This document shows, piece after piece, positions 56,101 through 64,000 of a stretch of 64,000 bases of DNA (within the stretch, counting starts at the first letter, position 1; every line of letters begins with the position of its first letter). Made by a program: the position numbers and the translations under genes. Origin of the DNA: the human T2T-CHM13v2.0 reference genome, Homo sapiens; NCBI RefSeq assembly GCF_009914755.1, contig NC_060932.1. One strand, written 5' to 3'. The notes under the pieces are model-generated. The model did no database searches, was not told the DNA's origin, and worked only from the letters and a program-made list of their open reading frames with translations.

Positions 56101-58177
56101 TGTTTACTTTTCCTTTATTTCTGTGAGGCCAGAAATTGTCGCCATCCTTCACATCGGTGAATCGGGACCCTAACACTCATTACCTCAGGTTTATTGTTAT
56201 TGCCATTAACAGTGTTGGTGGCATTATCACTAAGATCATCATTGTTGTTATTATTGTCATTTATGATTATTAGCAGGTGTGTTCATCATTTTGTCTCACT
56301 ATGCATTTTTTTTTTGTGGGGGGTGGGGGGATTGGTTTTGTATGACGTTGAATTGAGCTTCTTTAATCTTGACCAGTGTTGTCAGATTTCTGAAGAGCAT
56401 TCCGGAGGACATCTCCTGCCTTTCAGCACAGCCACAGAATTTCGTGGGCACAGGAGAGCACCTAGAATATTCCCCTTTCATTGCACAGCAGCTTTGGGAA
56501 ATAGTTACTGCTGGCTCTGAGATGAGGTAGAAAAGACTGGATACTGGGGCAAGTGTTAGCACCTCCACTGGTGTTTTTATGAAGCTAAGAGCACTGTCTC
56601 CCACGTAGACTTAGAATAAAATCTGATGGCTCTAAAGGGCCATGGCTGCCCTTCCTGGGACTTCCTGGGAACCTTTAAACCTTCTGTGGTTCCTGGAGTA
56701 GGTAGGTTGCCAAGTCTGTGCCTCATATGGTAGCACCAGTCTTTTCTGGGCCAACAAGGGCACTTAGAATGTTTCCAGAAGCTCAGGCGTGCTGTCTCTG
56801 TTCCTCCCTTCTGTTCAATGGCAATTCCCTGGGTCCCTGGCTGATATAGAACATCCTGCCGAAGGTTGGGCTTGGGTGACTTCCTGGCCAGCCTTCCCAG
56901 GCAGTCATCTTTGAAAACCTTGAAGAGACTCACAGAGGCTATTCACTGGTATTTCATGACTGCAAGTGGGGTTTCTGGATCCTTGAGTTTACTTAGAATA
57001 TTTGAATGGCTCTGAATGGCCAAGAAACCCTCCCTGATCTTAGAAGCTGCCAAAAGCTATTACTGGGCCCTGAAGAGACTTTAAAATTTTTCCAAGTACA
57101 TTTGGGCATAGGAAACTTTTCCGGGTCTAGCTGAGCCAGCTCAGGTTGAGTCCTGAAAAACTGGTGGGTACTGGGGGATCTCAACTTACGAAAGAGCAAT
57201 TGGTGGCAAAGCTGGGTCTCCAGGATAGCTGTGTGTGTATATGTCTGTAGCACATGCCTTGCAGTCATCTTTAGTGACTGAACACCATTTGTGAATGGAT
57301 AAACTATATTCATTGCTGTACAATGATGAAAAATCCATATTAACAATGGCAGTAATAAAAATATTGATGGATATTAACAGGAATAATGATCATCATGATA
57401 CTAGTACTAATGGTTTTAATACTGATAATAATACTAACCCTATGGACTTGGGACATATAAGTTTTCCATAAGTGGATAATAGGCATAAATATTTGGCTGT
57501 GTAGGGTTACTTCAAGTCCCAAAAAGCAAGGATGAACATCTAGAACGAGAAGAAAAACAATCTGGAGGTTAGTATGTGCACACCTGGGGACTCCTGTGTT
57601 AACTTCTGGTGTTTCAGCCTAAGAGGGAATGTTAATATAACCCTGGTCCTGGAACACCATGCTGACCAACACCTATCAGCTTTCAGGAGATAAGACAGCT
57701 GGCTGATGGGGCAGGGATCCAGAGAAGGCACGGGTCCACACCTGCACATGTTGCCCAGTGGCAGAGTTCATGACAAGCAATAAGCCCCAGGACAATGTCA
57801 TTCCCAGCCACCTGGCTGTCATCTGCTCTTTCATGGCCCCTCTCTACTGGTACCTCTAGGCACTGGCATGTCCTCCAGAGGCTGCAGGAGGCCATGATAC
57901 TCAGTACTCTCCCACCTGCAGGAGGCAAGAAAGATGGAAACAGCTAAATACCACGGCTTCTGGATTTTTTTTGGTGGGCATGGCATATTTTGCATTTGCT
58001 TTAATAGTGGTGGAACCCAGTCAGTAGCTTGCAATACAGATCTAGATGACTCTGGACACCTGTAGAGATTTTGACAATTTCCAGAAGGTCACAAGTTCTT
58101 GGAGGACTTTTTCATGAGTTCTTTGACTGAAAAGATGGTTCAAAGAGCTTCTATACTGACTTAGAAAATGTTGCAGA

Positions 58178-58458
58178 GGCCAGGTGCGGTGGCTTATGCC
58201 TGTAATCCCAGCACTTCGGGAGGCCAAGGCAGGCGGATCATGAGGTCAGGAGTTTGAGACCAGTCTGACTAACATGGTGAAACCCCTCTCTACTAAAACT
58301 ACAAAAATTAGCCGGGCGTGGTGACACGCACCTATAATCCCAGCTACTCGGGAGGCTGAGGCAGGAGAATCGCTTGAACCTGGGAGTTGGAGGTTGCAGC
58401 GAGCCAAGATGGCGACACTGGACTCCAACCTGAGCGACGGAGAGACATTTTATCTCAA

Positions 58459-58489
<31 letters not shown>

Positions 58490-58490
58490 A
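58178..58490 (+). mobile_element. Alu (AluSg/Sx-type) with (TAAA)n tail
   Basis: Full dimer. Confidence 0.95.
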
Positions 58491-61400
58491 ATAAAAAGGA
58501 AGAAAAAAGAAAATTCACAGACACTCTGGTGAACAGGTAGGCCCTCTCCTGCCACTCCAGGTAAAAGTTTCTTGGCCACAAACCTGATTTGGCAATATCC
58601 CTTCATCTTAGGTGGGTAACAGAAAGCCATTCATGACCTATCCAAGCATGGAGAGGGGATTTGACTTAGAAAACTGTTACGTGGACTAGTTGGTGAAAGA
58701 AAGTGCATTCTAGGACTCACAGGCCTACACACAGAGTTGCTATCAGATAAAGCCGATGTATGAACTCTTTCTGAGCCCATGGCAAGATGAGGGTGCACTT
58801 CATCAGTCTCTTATGCTGGTATGAATAGGTACTTGCCTGAAAAATAAAAGAATAATTCAGGAAGCCCATTCTTCTACAGGACACCAGGCAGTACAGTAGG
58901 AGTCCTGGGGTTGCTGTGGTATTTATGTTTTAAGGTTGTCTTTTAATCATCTTCAGCAAATTCAACAGTCTTCAGGAACATAAAAAAATTTTTCAACATT
59001 ACATAAAAATGACCACAAATATATCCATGATAAAGAACTGTACCAATATAATAACATTAATAACAATCATAATGGTGATGATATGTCAATTTAATGAAGA
59101 GAGTAATAAAAAGCAGATATTTAAGAACATATTCCTGTAAGCCTGTGACAATGTTCCCATATGAGCCCTCATGTTATTGATTAGATGGGGAAGCTTAGGG
59201 CTACATCTTGAAATATATTCTGTGAAGGCAAAGAAGAGTGGCAGTACGGAGAATTATTCTGAGCCACATGAGAGCATGGGCAAAAGTGGAGATACCTGTG
59301 CCATGTGGAAATACATTACAAATGGACTATGGCAAAGGGTCTGGCCAGAGTCTTGCCTGACACAGCTCGTACAAAAGCCTTCAGTAGTGCACCCCAAGAA
59401 ATAGCTGGTCCAGGCTGTAGATGAGAGGCACTGGGCAGACAGATCCATACCCACCTACTGAGTCTCAGAAGTCTGGTGTGCATGGAACATTAAGCCCCTA
59501 GCCTACTGAAACTTCACCTCCCAGCTGGTCTTGTACCATCTGATTCTTGAGCCCCATCATGTTAGTGTCATCTCCATACTGGAATTGCCAACAATGTCTG
59601 ATGGAGGGTTTCACCCTGGGTACTTGGTACCAGCAATGTATGAAATACCAGAAGGGAGGCTCCAGGGCTTCCATAGAAGACACATTCTAAAGTTACTCAG
59701 GTGATCAAATGGTCATCTCAGAGATTTTCAGTAGAACTGCAGCATTTTGTCAATACCTGAGTGAATGCAGAAACTATCCAGAGGCACGGGCATTCTAGGA
59801 AGCTCCCTGTGTAAATCAAATACAAGGAATATCTACTTCTGGGCTCAAAATCTAACTTAGAGAAAAAAAAATTGAAGTGCTGGCAGAAGACAAATAACTC
59901 CACTTCAGTTCTCAAGAGAAAAATGGTTCTGTAACCTCTGAGTTTATTTAGAAAAATTTTGGAGCCTCAGGAAGACCGAGTATATCATTCCTGATGTTTC
60001 CAGGACAGATTGGACTGCTTAGGCCTTTGGGAATATTCTAAGTCCTCTCGGGTTTCCATGGGAGACTGTAACTCTACTCCTAGAGCTCACACCACCCCTG
60101 AGCAAGTTCATTGTTTTCTAAATATTCCAAGGAAGCCCATTCAGGGTATGTCTGTATTGGTGAGTTTCACTTTGGACTGGCAGGAGAAGACTGAGAATGA
60201 TACATCCTGAGTTCACTTGGTAAAGGTAGGGTAGCCAAGAAGTCCAGATCTGGAGAGCACCTGAAACACCAGATGGCAGAAGGACAGTAAGGAGGTAAAG
60301 TCAGCTATGGAGTTGGAGCTTCATGTTTACTGCATGTAGGATTCTGAGTTCCAGGACTGATGGGCTGGTGGGGATCAGAGACGTGTCTTCCTTGCAGGGA
60401 GCCAGGCCAAACCAACCATCTGGTTGCACTACTGAAAGCTTTTGTGTGCCCAGTGGTGGGCAGGACACAAATCACAGTCCCTTCACCTCTGGCTGGTAGT
60501 TCTTGATGAGAGAGGTTTGCACACAAATGTTCATATTAGCCCATGGTCTCCTGCGGCTTGCTTTTCTTTCACCTCCTGTTTTTGATGTTTGCCATCATGG
60601 AACACATTTCATAGAGAAATTCTTTGACTCTGACTCCAAATTACACAAGGAGGACAGTCTGTGAAGTTTTCATATATTTAGGGGAAGCTCCACATTAATT
60701 TTTGTATCCTTACGTTTATAATGTCTCCAGTATTAAAATTCGTACTATTTAGGTCATTGAGTTCATTATCATGATTATTAATTATTTTTCGTATATCATT
60801 TCTTTTTATTGGTTAATTTTTGTGGCAGCTGTTATATAACAATCACTAGAGTTTCCCTATTCATGAAAGATGTCCAAGTTAATGGAGATAACTAGGAGTG
60901 TTACTTCACAGGTATGTAAATACAGATAATCTTGGCTGAACTGTGGCTATATTGTCTGGTGTCCCTTTGAGGGTGAAGCCTCTTGTATTATTCTAAGTGA
61001 CCTCTGGAGAAAGCAACTGTCTCATAATTGCAGGGACGACTTGAGAAGGCATCCTAAGCCTATGCAGAAATGTAGAAACACTTCCATTATCTAAACAACC
61101 TATGTGAAGGCCTGAAAGCCAAAGCAAGATCCTCTTGTTACAAAGCTGTCCAACAAAAAGTTTTCCAAGTAATACTGGAGGTCCGTCAGTCAGTCTTCCT
61201 GGTCTGGAAATGCCAGAAATGTCCTCCTTGGTCCTTCTGAGAGTCAAGATCTTTTCAAAATCACCTCAGGAGCCACAGAACCACTCCATCCTACCTGAAA
61301 TTGCAGGATGACTCTTCTTTTGACCAGAGTCTCAAAAATATATTCGTTGATAGTTTTGATTCCTGGGAGCCGCCATTGCTTGCAAAAGATGTGCCAGAGA

Positions 61401-63207
61401 CTAGACATTTTCTGTCTCCTCACTTGTCCGGGGAAGACTGAAGTTTTACTGAAACACAGAGATGGGAATCTGACCCTCTGAGCAGCCGCAGGATATTCTA
61501 AGTCTTCCAAGAAGAGTAGAAATACTGGTGAGGACCCACTGCACCCCCTGATGGTCTGCAATCACATAGGATGATGCTTTCAAACAACTCTAGGTGTAGA
61601 TACATTTTCTGAGATATTCCAAGGAGGAGGGACACAATTGGACCAGATGTTAGAAGGACAGCTGAGCATTAAGTGCCTATGTAGTGTTTGCAGCTTAGTG
61701 TCCCATGCAGAAGGGGAATCTGGGCCCTGGTGTTAGAATTCAGTGTAATTCTGGGTTCCTGCTTTCCTTCCAGGAAATCCCACTTCCAGCTAGATGTCTG
61801 CATGAACTACTGAAAGCTGCTGAGTGTCTTGCAGCAGGTGAGCTGTGGCCAGAGCTCAAGGATGAAGGGGACTCCCTCACTCTGTGACTGTGAAGAGGAA
61901 GCCTGAGGTGTAGCAGGCCCAGGCCCCAGAAGTATGGAAAAAATGAGGTAGGGAGGGAGGGGACCTCAGGAGAAGACTGAGGTCTACAGAATCCCAGGGT
62001 CAAGGGGATGGTGCGGTGTCCGGGCACTGTCCTTGATGTTCCAAGAGGGGTGAGAATCCATCTCCTGAGTAAAAACTTCACATGGAGTGAGGAGGGGAGA
62101 AGTGAACAGAGAGGAAGCAGGGAAGGCCAAGACAGCGACCAGCCTCACAGCAATTTTAACCAGAAATGGACACAGACCCTGGACCCCATCACAGGAGTGC
62201 AGGCCTAAGACTGTCTCCAGGTGATGCATAGCTCCCTTGTCAGGTTAGTGGGTGCAGGCATTGTGACGTCTGCAGGGGTGTGGAAGGCTGGGCAATGGGA
62301 GCAGCTTACTGGGCTGGACCAGAAATACTGAACTTCTTTTCCATCAGTGAAATCCACTTCTGGGTCAGAAAAAACTGCGAGTTCCAGAGGGGCAGGGCCT
62401 AGGAGGAGGTCAGGTCCTGAGCCCTCCTGGTTTGACCCCCTCCCACCCCCTGTGTTTCTGGGTCTGTCCTCAGTTCCACCCAGCAGATCCTGAGTCTCTT
62501 CCTTTGAGTCCCCGTGAGTGTGTTGTGTGCAGTGGGGCCGGGCTGCTTCATCCACTGCACATTAAATGTTTCCAATACTTTCCGGCCAAAGCTTAGAGTT
62601 GTCAGACCACTGAATTTGAATGTTGACCTGGTTCCTTGTGGAACAGAGTAATAGCTATTGAAGTTTAAAGTCACTTTCCTGCGTGGATGGTGAAGAGGCA
62701 GGCTGTTCAGGCATAGCTGTCCTCAGGCCTGGAGGGCTGTGGAGGTCACCGTGGGCGGTGGGTGGATCCGGAAACTCTGTGGCTCTAGACTTTCAACTAT
62801 TTTATTTTTTCTTTTGTATTTTTTGTTTGTTGCTTGCTTTTTTACAATGGGAACTAGAATGTAAGATGCCAAACTCAGCCTGTGGGGAACATGGATTTTC
62901 ACAACAGCAACCACAGAGCGTGGTTTCCATTTCTATTCCCTGTTCATGTGGGAGGCAGAGAAGGAAATCAGGTGCTCAGTTCCAGGGACATCACAGGACT
63001 AGGACATGTGCAGTGAGGGTGGAAGGCAGAGGCATTGCTTTAGGAGAATAAAATTACTGCATGCACACACATATGTATGTATATGGATGTATGTACACAA
63101 ACATGCATATTTATAGATTCTGTTCTCCCTCTCTCTATTTAATTTTCTTTATTTCACACTTGATATGATTTCTAAATTTAAATACCTTTGAGACAAAGGT
63201 GAATTGT

Positions 63208-64000
63208 GAAGGGATTTAAAAATGTCAGTGAAAAATGGAATTAACAATAAAAATATAAATATAAACTTTATTTCTCAATATAAGCTCTATTGAGGTCCAG
63301 ACACTCCATTAAGGGATGATCCCAGCCATTCAGTCCATTGCTAAACAACTGAGGGTAACGGGAATTTAACCGTGTCAATGCAGTCTTCTTTTACTAACTA
63401 AAGAAAAATGAGTGCCCTTTACAGTTATTTTAAGATTAGGGAAAAAAAGGTCAGAAGAAAACAAATCAGGACTGTAATGTTGATGCCTAATAATTTCCCA
63501 TGAAAACTCTTGCAAAATTACCCATGTTTGATGAGAGGAAGGAACAGAAGTGTTGTTGTGGTGCAGAGGGACTCTCTAGTGAAGCTTTACAGGGCGCTTT
63601 TCTGCAAAAGTATTTGCTAATTTTCTCTAAGAACTCTCCTAGTAAGCAGATGTTATCGTGCTTTGATCTTACAGAAAGTCAACAAGCAAAATGCCTTGAG
63701 CATCCCCAAAACCTCCATGGCTTTAGCTTTTGAGAAGTTTGCTTTTGCTTTGACTGGACCACTTCTACCTCTTGGTAGCCATTGCTTGAATTGTGCTTTG
63801 TCTTCAGGATCTTATTGATAAAGCCAGTTTCACTCCCTGTTATAATTCTTCAAAACAATGCTTCAGGATCTTGATTCCGCTTGCTCAAAATAGTCACTAA
63901 TAGCTCTGCTTTTGTCCACTGCTCATCTAGCCACAAGGGTATTTGGGACTCATCAAATGTAAAGTTTCTCAACTTTCACGTTATAGTCAGTATTGTGTAA
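63208..64000 (-). mobile_element. HSMAR2 mariner transposon fossil (runs off the window)
   Basis: Degenerate terminal repeat (gaagggatttaaaaatgtcagtgaaaaatggaattaa) and antisense mariner transposase-like sequence. Confidence 0.7.

Overview
This is primate, almost certainly human, genomic DNA from the segmentally duplicated beta-defensin region on 8p23.1. Two intact spliced ORFs are present: a 5-coding-exon KRAB zinc-finger gene on + (47964-52932, 300 aa, matches ZNF705B as I recall it) and a 2-exon beta-defensin 108 on - (39309-34970, 73 aa, DEFB108A/C type). Two defensin fossils are not evident from the ORF track. One is a full two-exon DEFB4/TAP-like pseudogene with promoter (~17.8-22.2 kb), made by an ancient tandem duplication whose 3' flank occurs twice in the window. 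The other is an orphan, intact Defb33-like signal-peptide exon (30940-30997) that could act as a 5' exon/uORF of the ZNF705 transcript. The rest is mostly repeats: a two-LTR HERV-H provirus nested in an MST element, a solo LTR7, a 5S rRNA pseudogene, Alus (one young AluYa4/5-type), and L1, MLT, MER, Zaphod and HSMAR2 fossils. A CpG island at ~55.5-56.1 kb (probably the FAM66 lncRNA promoter) is followed by an old ~6.5-kb inverted duplication. Gene and repeat names come from memory of reference sequences, not database searches, and repeat boundaries are approximate unless TSDs are given.
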